From a virus, in the IMG/VR virus record IMGVR_UViG_3300034101_005931, positions 22,259-86,258 of that record: a DNA stretch of 64,000 bases; one strand, given 5' to 3'. The notes below the pieces were generated by a model. That model did no database searches. It was not told the DNA's origin and worked only from the letters and a program-made list of their open reading frames with translations. Below, in pieces: positions 1 through 8,435 of the stretch; position 1 is the first letter of the stretch; every line of letters starts with the position of its first letter. The position numbers and the translations under genes are program-made.

Positions 1-35
1 AACAGAGCATGGGGCGGTACCATGAGGAGGGACCA
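1..35 (+). tRNA. partial tRNA, 3' part only (isotype unknown)
   Basis: T-arm-like hairpin followed by ...ggagggACCA at the window edge, directly before a tRNA array. Confidence 0.55.
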
Positions 36-40
36 TTTTA

Positions 41-131
41 GGGCAGATAGCTGAGTTGGTCTAAGGCGCCCGACTTGAAATCGGAAGTGGGGGAAACTTC
101 ACCATGGGTTCGAATCTTACTCTGCCCGCCA
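41..131 (+). tRNA. tRNA-Ser(TGA)
   Basis: Cloverleaf; anticodon loop cTTGAaa; long variable arm; GTTCGAAT T-loop; CCA. Confidence 0.92.
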
Positions 132-139
132 TTTTAACC

Positions 140-211
140 GCCCTTGTAGTTCTAATAGCAAAACAGTTCCTTGGTAAGGATCGGTAGACGGAGCGTAACC
201 GTCCTGGGGCT
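140..211 (+). tRNA. tRNA-Thr(GGT)
   Basis: Anticodon arm gttcc-ttGGTaa-ggatc; non-canonical T-loop agcgtaa. Confidence 0.8.
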
Positions 212-227
212 TTTAAATAATTTTAAC

Positions 228-300
228 TGCGGGTTAGAACTCTGGTGAGTTCAGGTGTCTCATAAGCATCTATAGGAGGATTCGATTTCCTCACCCGCTA
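228..300 (+). tRNA. tRNA-Met(CAT), possibly initiator type
   Basis: ggtgt-ctCATaa-gcatc; unpaired 1:72 position. Confidence 0.82.
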
Positions 301-308
301 TTCTTTAT

Positions 309-392
309 ATGTCCGCTCACAAGTGGGATTGTACAGAGTCTCCAAAACTCTCGTCGTTTGACTAAGGGGTTCGATTCCTCACGGACATGCCA
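309..392 (+). tRNA. tRNA-Trp(CCA) with an extra variable arm
   Basis: Acceptor atgtccg/cggacat; agagt-ctCCAaa-actct; variable stem gtc-gttt-gac; CCA. Confidence 0.82.
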
Positions 393-396
393 TTTA

Positions 397-467
397 GCCG
401 CAGTAACATAAAAGTAATGTGTTAGTCTTCCAAACTAAAGAACTCGGGGCAGTACCGTGCTGCGGCA
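397..467 (+). tRNA. tRNA-Gly(TCC)
   Basis: ttagt-ctTCCaa-actaa; acceptor gccgcag/ctgcggc; non-canonical T-loop ggcagta. Confidence 0.82.
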
Positions 468-474
468 TATTTCG

Positions 475-546
475 GGAGTTGTAGCTCAGAGGAAGAGCAG
501 TTGGCTTTTAACCAATTGGCCGTGGGTTCGACCCCCACCGACTCCA
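475..546 (+). tRNA. tRNA-Lys(TTT)
   Basis: gttgg-ctTTTaa-ccaat; GTTCGA T-loop. Confidence 0.92.
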
Positions 547-551
547 CTTAT

Positions 552-625
552 GGTTCGTTAGTATAATAGCAGTACACTAGATTGTCACTCTAGTAGCAGG
601 GGAGCATAACCCCTACGAACCGCCA
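552..625 (+). tRNA. tRNA-Asp(GTC)
   Basis: ctaga-ttGTCac-tctag; T-loop agcataa; CCA. Confidence 0.85.
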
Positions 626-629
626 TTTC

Positions 630-701
630 GGATCCTTGGTGAAATGGATATCACGTAACGCTACGGACGTTAAATTCTGAGTTCGACCCTTGGAGGATCC
701 A
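630..701 (+). tRNA. tRNA-Arg(ACG)
   Basis: taacg-ctACGga-cgtta; acceptor ggatcct/aggatcc. Confidence 0.9.
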
Positions 702-712
702 TAAGTATTTTT

Positions 713-1102
713 ATGAAGTGGTGGCCTACTATACTAGTAGCAGTGGGTTTGTTTTTTTATTTTGAATATTATTCAGTTCGTGTGCCACTTAAATATGAAA
801 TGCTGAATGACGGCTGTCTAATACAATCTTTATATTTTCAACAAGTTATACAAGCTCAGCAAATATTAGATGAATACATGTGGACAAGAGTTCTTGCAAT
901 TCAATTTTATGGAATAATAGAAGGACATGCTGTAACTGTTTTTGTCTATAAAAATATAACGTGGGTTTATGATCCTAATCGCGGATCTTTCCCTGTAGCG
1001 CACTTTTCACTTTATAACCCATTAATGATCGCGGAACTTGCTTTTCCAAAACTTTCAATAAAAAAAGCATACTATATTGAACCAACATTATTATTGCATT
1101 AA
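713..1102 (+). CDS. hypothetical membrane-anchored protein (possible Cys-His-Asp transglutaminase-like fold)
   Basis: N-terminal hydrophobic segment; GC...GHAV...YDP spacing; TAAGTA just upstream. Confidence 0.6.
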   Translation: MKWWPTILVAVGLFFYFEYYSVRVPLKYEMLNDGCLIQSLYFQQVIQAQQILDEYMWTRVLAIQFYGIIEGHAVTVFVYKNITWVYDPNRGSFPVAHFSLYNPLMIAELAFPKLSIKKAYYIEPTLLLH

Positions 1103-1128
1103 CTGAAGAAATCCTCTATTATATAGCA

Positions 1129-1998
1129 ATGAAACGTCTCATTATAGATGGCAACAATCTTGTTCATAGAACTTTTTGGGTTGCTAAAAACCAGCCAATT
1201 TATAACGAGCACTTCCACATTCATCTTTTTTTGACGAGTGTTAAAAAATACGTAGCTAAGTATCAGCCTAACGTAACCTACTGTGCATGGGACGAGAAAG
1301 CAGACTATCAAGTTAATAAGCGCAAAGCTTTGCTTGAAGGCTATAAAGGTAATCGTGATCAGGAACGCAATAAAGATGTTCATACAAAGAATTACATTAT
1401 TAAAGAGATGCTTGGTTATCTCGGTATTAATAGCGTGTGTCCCTATGCATATGAAGCAGATGATGTGATTGCTATCTTTTGTAATGAATACAAGGACGAT
1501 CAAAAAGTCATTATTACTGTCGACAGAGACCTTTGTCAACTTATTGATAAGAATACAGTAGTTTTTGATCCGATTCGTAAAGTAGAATTTAATTTAGCAA
1601 ACTTCGAAGAAGTATTAAAATGTAAAAAGGAGCACTTCGTAAAAATTAAAGCTCTGCAAGGTGACAAATCTGATAACGTTCCAGGCATTAAAGGCTTTGG
1701 AAAAGTTAAGATAGAAAAATATTTGGCCGGTGAAGTCGAAATGAGTGCAGAAGAGCTAGCTCAATATGCACATAATCTTTTATTATTAGATTTGAGAAAC
1801 ACTCTGCAAGATGAAACAGAATGTTCTTATGTAAAAGAACAGTTTAAACAACCAGTTGAATTCAAATTTAGTCAGTTTAAAAAGAGATGTGAGGAGTTAG
1901 GGTTTCATCAGATTTTAAAGAATATAAATCAATGGTATGATTTGTTCTTTTTAAGAAGTGATCAAATCCGTACACTTACGGATTTTCTAAAATTTTAG
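1129..1998 (+). CDS. rnh: 5'-3' exonuclease / T4 RNase H-like flap nuclease
   Basis: IIDGNN, YKGNR, EADDVIA, DRDLCQL, GDKSDNVPGIKGFG motifs. Confidence 0.92.
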   Translation: MKRLIIDGNNLVHRTFWVAKNQPIYNEHFHIHLFLTSVKKYVAKYQPNVTYCAWDEKADYQVNKRKALLEGYKGNRDQERNKDVHTKNYIIKEMLGYLGINSVCPYAYEADDVIAIFCNEYKDDQKVIITVDRDLCQLIDKNTVVFDPIRKVEFNLANFEEVLKCKKEHFVKIKALQGDKSDNVPGIKGFGKVKIEKYLAGEVEMSAEELAQYAHNLLLLDLRNTLQDETECSYVKEQFKQPVEFKFSQFKKRCEELGFHQILKNINQWYDLFFLRSDQIRTLTDFLKF

Positions 1999-2021
1999 AT
2001 AAATATATAAAACACTTTAAA

Positions 2022-2096
2022 CGGGCAGTCGCCTAGTGGCCATGGCACCTGCTTTGGGAGCAGGAATGACCGGAGGTTCGAGTCCTCTCTGCCCGA
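2022..2096 (+). tRNA. tRNA-Pro(TGG)
   Basis: cctgc-ttTGGga-gcagg; GTTCGAGT. Confidence 0.92.
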
Positions 2097-2116
2097 TACT
2101 TTATCTCCCGATATTA

Positions 2117-2191
2117 CGCTGCTTAGCTGAGATAGATTAGCACGAGTCTGAAGAACTTGATAGGTTGGAGCGTTACCAACAGCAGCGGCCA
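2117..2191 (+). tRNA. tRNA-Phe(GAA)
   Basis: cgagt-ctGAAga-acttg; T-loop agcgtta; CCA. Confidence 0.85.
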
Positions 2192-2199
2192 CTTTAAAT

Positions 2200-2275
2200 G
2201 TTGCTCGTAGTGTAACGGTTAGCATTACAGGTTGTGATCCTGTCAGAGCGGGTTCGAACCCCGTCGAGCAACCCA
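2200..2275 (+). tRNA. tRNA-His(GTG)
   Basis: acagg-ttGTGat-cctgt; G-1:C73; CCA. Confidence 0.92.
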
Positions 2276-2312
2276 ATATTGAATTTTATAAAAGATACAA
2301 TATACTTGTGAT

Positions 2313-3044
2313 ATGATTGACGTTGGTATTTTAGGTTACGGTGAAATAGGACAAGCGCTAAGCGAATTCTATAAAGATAAACCTTTTAACCTTAAGATAA
2401 AAGACAAAAATAGTGTAGAACAGCTCGGTGAGCTAGTAATACTTAACGTCTGTATACCCTACAATAATGATTTTTTAGATATTGTTTATGAACAAATTCA
2501 AACATCAAAGCCTATCATTACGATAATTCATTCAACGGTTCTTCCTGGTACAACAAAACGATTACAGATGTTAAGCCCGAACAAGTTTGTTATTCATAGC
2601 CCTGTAAGAGGCATTCATCCTTATCTTTATGACTCACTTAAACGGTTTGTTAAATATATTGGAAGTGATACGGAGGACGGTTATCAATTGGCTTATGCAC
2701 ATTTAAAATTTTTAGGTTTTAAATGTGAGCGTATGAAGAATTCTTTTGCTACTGAACTCTCAAAACTTCTTTGCACAACATATTACGGAGTATGTATAGC
2801 ATGGCATGATCTAGTTAAAAAGCTTTGTGATAGACATAGCTTAGAATACGTTAACGTATCAACAGATTGGAATGTTTCATACAATGAGGGTTATAAAGAA
2901 CTAGGTATGAGCCATTTTACACGGCCAGTGTTATATCCACCAGAAGGTAAAATAGGTGGTCACTGTGTTGTACCTAATGCTGAACTTTTAGAAAATTTAA
3001 TTGATAGTTCTTTGATAGAGGAAGTTTTAAAATTTAAAAAATAG
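2313..3044 (+). CDS. nucleotide-sugar dehydrogenase-like protein (UDP-Glc/GDP-Man dehydrogenase family, short form)
   Basis: GYGEIG Rossmann motif, HSTVLPGTT, TELSKLL, IGGHCV catalytic Cys. Confidence 0.85.
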   Translation: MIDVGILGYGEIGQALSEFYKDKPFNLKIKDKNSVEQLGELVILNVCIPYNNDFLDIVYEQIQTSKPIITIIHSTVLPGTTKRLQMLSPNKFVIHSPVRGIHPYLYDSLKRFVKYIGSDTEDGYQLAYAHLKFLGFKCERMKNSFATELSKLLCTTYYGVCIAWHDLVKKLCDRHSLEYVNVSTDWNVSYNEGYKELGMSHFTRPVLYPPEGKIGGHCVVPNAELLENLIDSSLIEEVLKFKK

Positions 3045-3081
3045 TTGCAGTTTATAAGACATGTAGTAGAATAAAGATTCT

Positions 3082-3189
3082 ATGAAATACATCATCCTAT
3101 CATTATTCCTTATGCTCGGTGTTACTGCATGTGCATCTAAAAAACAATGCACTCCATGCAATAAAACTGTTGTTTGTAAGGTTAAATAA
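3082..3189 (+). CDS. 35-aa Cys-rich lipoprotein
   Basis: Hand-translated MKYIILSLFLMLGVTACASKKQCTPCNKTVVCKVK; lipobox VTAC; TTGCAG..TAGAAT promoter upstream. Confidence 0.65.
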   Translation: MKYIILSLFLMLGVTACASKKQCTPCNKTVVCKVK

Positions 3190-3195
3190 TACAAC

Positions 3196-3277
3196 GGGTT
3201 AATCTTGTAAATGGTGCCGACATTTCCACATACGAGTGGTAGAGATTAGTCCTGAGACGTCGCGGGTAAACGTCTCA
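3196..3277 (+). ncRNA. unknown small structured RNA in tRNA cluster
   Basis: Junction closed by gggttaatct/agattagtcc with hairpins aaatg/cattt and ccac/gtgg, then tgagacgt/acgtctca. Confidence 0.55.
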
Positions 3278-3283
3278 CTTTTC

Positions 3284-3354
3284 GGGGAATTAGTTAAGTG
3301 GTATAACTCCTGATTTGCATTCAGGTGTCACCAGTTCGACTCTGGTATTCTCCA
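3284..3354 (+). tRNA. tRNA-Ala(TGC)
   Basis: cctga-ttTGCat-tcagg; G3:U70. Confidence 0.92.
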
Positions 3355-3362
3355 TATTTTTG

Positions 3363-3445
3363 GCCGAAGTGGCGAAATTGGCGATACGCGACAGACTTAG
3401 GATCTGTTGGGGTAACCCGTGTAGGTTCGAGTCCTATCTTCGGCA
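3363..3445 (+). tRNA. tRNA-Leu(TAG)
   Basis: acaga-ctTAGga-tctgt; variable arm. Confidence 0.92.
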
Positions 3446-3451
3446 TATTTA

Positions 3452-3542
3452 GGAACGGTGGCTGAGCGGCTTAAAGCAAGTCTTTGCTAAAGACTCGAGG
3501 GCTTAAAATCCTCCGCAGGTTCAAATCCTGCTCGTTCCGCCA
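3452..3542 (+). tRNA. tRNA-Ser(GCT)
   Basis: agtct-ttGCTaa-agact; variable arm; CCA. Confidence 0.92.
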
Positions 3543-3553
3543 TAAGTATTAAT

Positions 3554-4339
3554 ATGCTAAAAGAAGGCTATAACCCATACACCTCAAATCCTTTAGAGGG
3601 TATTGATTTTGCAAAAGTTTGTTATTTTGATACGGAAACAACCGGTCTAAGACCATCAGATGCTCAAATTGTAGAAATAGCTGCTGTAAGAGGAAATGAT
3701 CAGTTTTATGAAAAAATAGAACTCACTAACGATACAAAGCAATTAATTGCTCAACAGGCTCAGAACTTCGAACGTAAAAACAAATATGATAAATCAATTG
3801 ACGAACTTCTTCAAATGACAAATTACTATGATACAAAAGCTAAAACCACAGCAACAGAAGAAGAGGCGTTAAGAAAATTTAAAGAATTTGCAGAACAATC
3901 ACAATATCTTCTGGCACATAATGCTTCATATGATATGAAAATGGTTAATTCTAGAATGAAACGGTATGGTATTCAAACTATTAAAAACATACCTGTTCTC
4001 GATTCATTAGCATTTTCTCGGAGATTTTTTGTTCCGCTATTACGCTCACAAGAAGAAGAAGGATCACAAGAAGCAAAACAGTTGCTTGATCAATTAACTT
4101 CTAGCTACAAAAAAGACGGTCAGAGAAAAACTGTTCAAAGTAATCTCGGTGCTCTCTCAAAAGCTCTTTTCAATCAAATTGATAATTGGCATCAAGCGCT
4201 TGACGATGTATTAACTACAAAAAAGCTGGTTGAACAAGGCCTTGCTCTATATATGAGCAAATACAAAGAAGCACCATCTACACCATCTTTTAAAAAGTAC
4301 TATGCAATGAATAAAAGAGCCGAAAACAGATATAAATAA
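3554..4339 (+). CDS. DEDDh 3'-5' exonuclease (DnaQ-like)
   Basis: FDTETTGL, AHNASYD, HQALDD motifs. Confidence 0.9.
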   Translation: MLKEGYNPYTSNPLEGIDFAKVCYFDTETTGLRPSDAQIVEIAAVRGNDQFYEKIELTNDTKQLIAQQAQNFERKNKYDKSIDELLQMTNYYDTKAKTTATEEEALRKFKEFAEQSQYLLAHNASYDMKMVNSRMKRYGIQTIKNIPVLDSLAFSRRFFVPLLRSQEEEGSQEAKQLLDQLTSSYKKDGQRKTVQSNLGALSKALFNQIDNWHQALDDVLTTKKLVEQGLALYMSKYKEAPSTPSFKKYYAMNKRAENRYK

Positions 4340-4345
4340 TTATAT

Positions 4346-4576
4346 ATGTTTCCTGTTCAACCTCAGCATTATACGCATGCTTTCATAGATACTGATCATT
4401 ATACTTCTGATCAAAGTATGAAGAAAGCTATCGATAAGGTATTATCGGAACTAAAAACTGATCCACCCCAATTTTTAGCTATTCTACCAGACGGTACATC
4501 TAAAAGCTTTGACAAGTATGATGATGCTATAGCGTTTCTTTCTATTAATCCTCACTGTAAAGTGTTTGTTAAGTAA
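4346..4576 (+). CDS. hypothetical protein
   Basis: ORF preceded by TATAAATA at 4331. Confidence 0.6.
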   Translation: MFPVQPQHYTHAFIDTDHYTSDQSMKKAIDKVLSELKTDPPQFLAILPDGTSKSFDKYDDAIAFLSINPHCKVFVK

Positions 4577-4588
4577 TTAAATATTATT

Positions 4589-5422
4589 ATGGTCTCTTTC
4601 AAAGAGTTTATAGTAGAAGTTCACGCCAAGCTTGGTGGTATTTATGAAAAAGATATTCAAGCCAAATTAAGCCGTGCAGGTTTAGCTCCTGCAAATTTAC
4701 AAACAGCTGGTGCAGGTCACGGTGCTGACGCTCAAATGTATACCAAAAGTGGTAAACCATATGGTGTAGAGGTAAAGTTGAGTCCTAATGTTTTTGCAGG
4801 TCAAAAAAATATTAGATATAACGTTAAAAACGGTTCATGGAGCTGGCCGAGTAAGCAGGACGATCTTACAGCATTTTACGATGAAATTGGTTTAATTGAT
4901 AATATTGTACTACCACAAGTCCAATCCGAGGTGGCTGCAAAGCTTAAAATGTTTAATGCTTGGTTTAAAAAAAGAAATATCAAATACACAGCTACTGAAT
5001 TTCCCTTAACACTTACCAATCTTCAGTATACTTTGTTTAGACAAGATAACCCTTCTTATAAACCTGAACTGGGAACTTTTGACTCGAGTGTGGATGCTAT
5101 TTTTGCGAACTATACAGCTAAAAAAGTATTTTATGTTCAAATAGGCACTCCTGCAGGTGGCTTTTATTATTTGGAAAAAGACCCATTGGGGTTGGCAAAG
5201 TATGGTGTGCCGCAGTTTAACCCAGATGTGGTGAGAGTAAGAACAAGATTAAAATGGGGTGGATCAACTCTCGATAGTACGGAGCTTCGCAGCCCAAAAG
5301 CAAAATTATCATCAACCGTTTCTTTTAATACAGGTTTAATTATTAGTGGTCTCGAACCTTCACCAGTTTCTATTGATAGAGATCTTACATTCCTTAAAAA
5401 AGGATTAGGTTACATAAAGTGA
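4589..5422 (+). CDS. PD-(D/E)xK restriction-endonuclease-like protein with capsid-targeting-like N-terminus
   Basis: E...ADAQ...VEVK catalytic pattern; N-terminus MVSFKEFIVE. Confidence 0.65.
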   Translation: MVSFKEFIVEVHAKLGGIYEKDIQAKLSRAGLAPANLQTAGAGHGADAQMYTKSGKPYGVEVKLSPNVFAGQKNIRYNVKNGSWSWPSKQDDLTAFYDEIGLIDNIVLPQVQSEVAAKLKMFNAWFKKRNIKYTATEFPLTLTNLQYTLFRQDNPSYKPELGTFDSSVDAIFANYTAKKVFYVQIGTPAGGFYYLEKDPLGLAKYGVPQFNPDVVRVRTRLKWGGSTLDSTELRSPKAKLSSTVSFNTGLIISGLEPSPVSIDRDLTFLKKGLGYIK

Positions 5423-5925
5423 AAACATTTAAATCTTTTTATATAGAAGAAAAGAGTAAGCTTGATCAACTTCAAGCTGCTCTCGATGTTGCAGGATTTG
5501 AGCCTACCGTAGGTACAGGTGCAGATGCAGTTAACACAATAATTTCTGGCCTTAGAGCTGCAGCAGCAAAAAATACCGATCAAAGAAAGGAGCATATAAT
5601 TAATGCAGGCATTTCTGCAATATCTATGATTCCCTTTGCTGATGTAATTAAGCTTTTAAAACTACGTAAATTAGGAAGACCTGCCACAAAAATAGCTGCA
5701 GGAGGAGCTCGTGGATTAAAAACATTTGGAAAACAACAACAAGCATCAAATAGATTTGGAATACAAGAAAAATCAATTCATGATCCTGTTCGTCCTGGTA
5801 TTCTTAAGAGACAAGTTAAAGGTAAAATGACCTGTTCAAAGGCACGTACCTTAAAAGGTAAGCAAAAAAATAAAGGTAACAATACAGCTAAAGCAGCCCA
5901 GAGATTTTTGAACTATCATTGCTAA
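5419..5925 (+). CDS. putative internal head protein with a pre-toxin-TG-like segment
   Basis: N-terminus MKTFKSFYIEE; LDVAGFEPTVGTGADAVN...ISAISMIPF; basic C-terminus. Confidence 0.6.
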   Translation: MKTFKSFYIEEKSKLDQLQAALDVAGFEPTVGTGADAVNTIISGLRAAAAKNTDQRKEHIINAGISAISMIPFADVIKLLKLRKLGRPATKIAAGGARGLKTFGKQQQASNRFGIQEKSIHDPVRPGILKRQVKGKMTCSKARTLKGKQKNKGNNTAKAAQRFLNYHC

Positions 5926-5936
5926 AATATTATAAC

Positions 5937-6024
5937 GGGTAGATGGCAGAGCGGCTTATTGCATCGGTCTTGAAAACCGAAGAACAGAAATGTTCCGTGG
6001 GTTCAAATCCTACTCTACCCGCCA
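5937..6024 (+). tRNA. tRNA-Ser(TGA), second divergent copy
   Basis: tcggt-ctTGAaa-accga; variable arm; CCA. Confidence 0.92.
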
Positions 6025-6536
6025 TTTTCATAAAAAATATTTGTACAACCTAAAACATACTCTATAGGATAACAACACTGTAATTCTATAGCTGTGTTTA
6101 AACTTGCGGTATTTTTAGCATTAATACCTACATAAAACGTTTTAATATTAGAGTTAAGTTTCATTAATTTATGAATAACAATTGTTGCTAGTCTCTTGTT
6201 ACTATTTTTTATAAATTTCTTTTCTTTTAAGGCGAGTTTAAGAAGATTGGGTAATATGAAAATACTAAAAACATTATTTGTATCTATATAAACTGTGCCA
6301 ACTGCAAATTCACCTAAACATATTCTATATATTTCTTTGTAATTGTTCTTTTTTAGGTATTGAATGTGCTGCTCGTATGTAGGTGGTGTAGGTGGTGTTT
6401 TGTAGGTAATATTAACAGTTTCATGGAACCTCCATCTATATAAAACAACATCATAAAGAAATTTTTGATCTGTTTCGTTTAAGACATCAATTGACTTAAG
6501 TTTAATATCCTGCTCTTTATAATAACCAGTGGCCAT
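6015..6536 (-). CDS. GNAT-like N-acetyltransferase
   Basis: PTYEQH, VGTVYI, INAKNTAS motifs resemble RimJ/PseH-type GNATs. Confidence 0.6.
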   Translation of the reverse strand: MATGYYKEQDIKLKSIDVLNETDQKFLYDVVLYRWRFHETVNITYKTPPTPPTYEQHIQYLKKNNYKEIYRICLGEFAVGTVYIDTNNVFSIFILPNLLKLALKEKKFIKNSNKRLATIVIHKLMKLNSNIKTFYVGINAKNTASLNTAIELQCCYPIEYVLGCTNIFYENGG

Positions 6537-7350
6537 ATTCTTTCATTCTTTCAATTTTTGTATTATTCCGTCTCTCAATTCTTTCATTTGTCATTTTATA
6601 CATCCACGTATTTTCCGATGTATTATAATGAATACAATAACAAATATTTCTTATATTATCCTGCACTTCTTTAACTTTCCAGATATTATAATTTGTAAAT
6701 AGAAAAGAATTCAACCAACGCGATTTGATTTCTTTAAAGTGCTTTTGCATAACAGCTTGACCTACATCATTATCATCTATGCATAACGGATCTTTTCTAA
6801 GTTGATCTAAAAACTTTGGATACCAAGTAGGTGTTGCATAGAATATTATAAAACCAAACCCGCCTTTTTCACGTGGAATTCCAGATGTCAACTCCTCATA
6901 AGACAAATCCATATAAGCTCCTATATCATATTTTTCAGTTATTAATTTAGACAAACGATCAAAAGGTACCTTCAAAAATATCATATCAATATCCGAATGG
7001 ATTACGTTAATATTATTTTCGCACGCAATGTGACCAATACAATAGGCTTTACATATATGGTGCTTTTCTTTGTACGCTTTTCTGAGCAGAAACACTTCTT
7101 CATCTTCACTATTAACAAGTGTTTCTTGATCTACGTACATACATGTCATACCATGCTCTACGGCATACGTATATGCCGTAGCGTCTAGACAAACTACAAT
7201 TACATTATCATTAATACCTAGTTTTTGCAGATGTTTATACCAGTTTAATAGTAATGTGCAAAACTCACCCGTAATAAATGTTAAAATTATATTTTTAGTA
7301 TTTAAAGCTCTATCAACTTGATAAGAATTGACAATAAAATCTTTTAACAT
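6517..7350 (-). CDS. nucleotide-diphospho-sugar transferase (GT77-like)
   Basis: LLLNW...VVCLD; HSDIDMIFLKVPF DxD motif; CIHYN. Confidence 0.75.
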   Translation of the reverse strand: MLKDFIVNSYQVDRALNTKNIILTFITGEFCTLLLNWYKHLQKLGINDNVIVVCLDATAYTYAVEHGMTCMYVDQETLVNSEDEEVFLLRKAYKEKHHICKAYCIGHIACENNINVIHSDIDMIFLKVPFDRLSKLITEKYDIGAYMDLSYEELTSGIPREKGGFGFIIFYATPTWYPKFLDQLRKDPLCIDDNDVGQAVMQKHFKEIKSRWLNSFLFTNYNIWKVKEVQDNIRNICYCIHYNTSENTWMYKMTNERIERRNNTKIERMKEYGHWLL

Positions 7351-7401
7351 AAGGTCTATATTTTTAATTGTTTTTTGTTAATTATCAACTACTATATATA
7401 T

Positions 7402-7689
7402 ATGATTGAAATTATAAGAGAGGTATCGGGGCTCATCATGATGATCTGTTTCATGTTATGCTACATACCACAAATATATAAGATTTACAAAAATAAGTCG
7501 TCAAATGATGTATCATTAATGCTGGTTATTATGTCATTAGGTGGCTACATTTCTGGAATGGTATATTTGTTTACTTCGACCTTTGGATTATGGTGGTTTA
7601 TTAATTATTGTGTGGGAGTAGTTATGTGCTTGCTATTAATGCATGCATGGTTTAAATTTAAAAAAGATAAAGAGTATGACTCTTACTAA
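7402..7689 (+). CDS. PQ-loop / SemiSWEET-like small membrane transporter
   Basis: Three hydrophobic helices; YIPQIYKIYKNKSSNDVS. Confidence 0.8.
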   Translation: MIEIIREVSGLIMMICFMLCYIPQIYKIYKNKSSNDVSLMLVIMSLGGYISGMVYLFTSTFGLWWFINYCVGVVMCLLLMHAWFKFKKDKEYDSY

Positions 7690-7705
7690 ATAAAAAAAAT
7701 TATAT

Positions 7706-7779
7706 GGGGGGTTAGTTTATCGGTAAAACATACGGTTTACATCCGTAGGTGAATGGTTCAACTCCATTACCCCCTACCA
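7706..7779 (+). tRNA. tRNA-Val(TAC)
   Basis: tacgg-ttTACat-ccgta; CCA. Confidence 0.9.
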
Positions 7780-7785
7780 CTTTAA

Positions 7786-8160
7786 ATGAAAAAAGTAATA
7801 ACAGTAGATTTTGATGAAACTCTGGTTGTGCCTTACCCTACAGCTTACGGTGGTTCAAGCTTACATATTGTACCTAAAATAGAAGAAATTATTCGCTATG
7901 AGCACAGTATAGGTACAGATGTATACATTGTGTCTTTCCGGAAAGAAAAAGATAGAGCTGAAATGGAGAGAGTAATAATGGTTAACAAATTGCCTATTAA
8001 AGGTATTATTTGCACTAACATGGAGCCTAAATTACCTTTCTTGAAGAAGTTAAATTCAAGACTACATATAGATGATGACTTTTTTACATGTCAAGAGGCT
8101 AAAAAAGCTGGTATTGATGTTCGTCTGGTTGATAAGCCTGGTAATCTTATCAAGTTGTAA
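7786..8160 (+). CDS. small HAD-superfamily hydrolase
   Basis: DFDETL motif I; VS motif II; K; HIDDD motif IV. Confidence 0.75.
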   Translation: MKKVITVDFDETLVVPYPTAYGGSSLHIVPKIEEIIRYEHSIGTDVYIVSFRKEKDRAEMERVIMVNKLPIKGIICTNMEPKLPFLKKLNSRLHIDDDFFTCQEAKKAGIDVRLVDKPGNLIKL

Positions 8161-8356
8161 AAGTCTAGATATTGCTGGAAATTACTCTTACACTAAAGAG
8201 GAAATATCTGAAAAACATCGTAATGAAATCGTTATGACTTATAACGGTAATATTAATGGTATTCCTTATAAAGCAAAACAAAAAATAAACCACGACCCTT
8301 TGTATCCTGATAAACCGGCTTATTATGAAGCTTCATATGAGCTTTGGTTTTGGTAA
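8072..8356 (+). CDS. putative lipoprotein (true start probably the internal Met of MFVWL)
   Basis: Hydrophobic stretch ending in lipobox LSSC. Confidence 0.55.
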   Translation: MMTFLHVKRLKKLVLMFVWLISLVILSSCKSLDIAGNYSYTKEEISEKHRNEIVMTYNGNINGIPYKAKQKINHDPLYPDKPAYYEASYELWFW

Positions 8357-8435
8357 TTAAGACTTAAAAGCATAAAAGAGCACAAACCATATTGCGAATG
8401 CTAAAAAGTAATATATCACATAAGATATTTATTCG

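Noticed and set aside
1995-2276. 93-aa minus-strand ORF
   Set aside because: Antisense shadow of three tRNAs; the same applies to 55196-55384 over tRNA-Leu.
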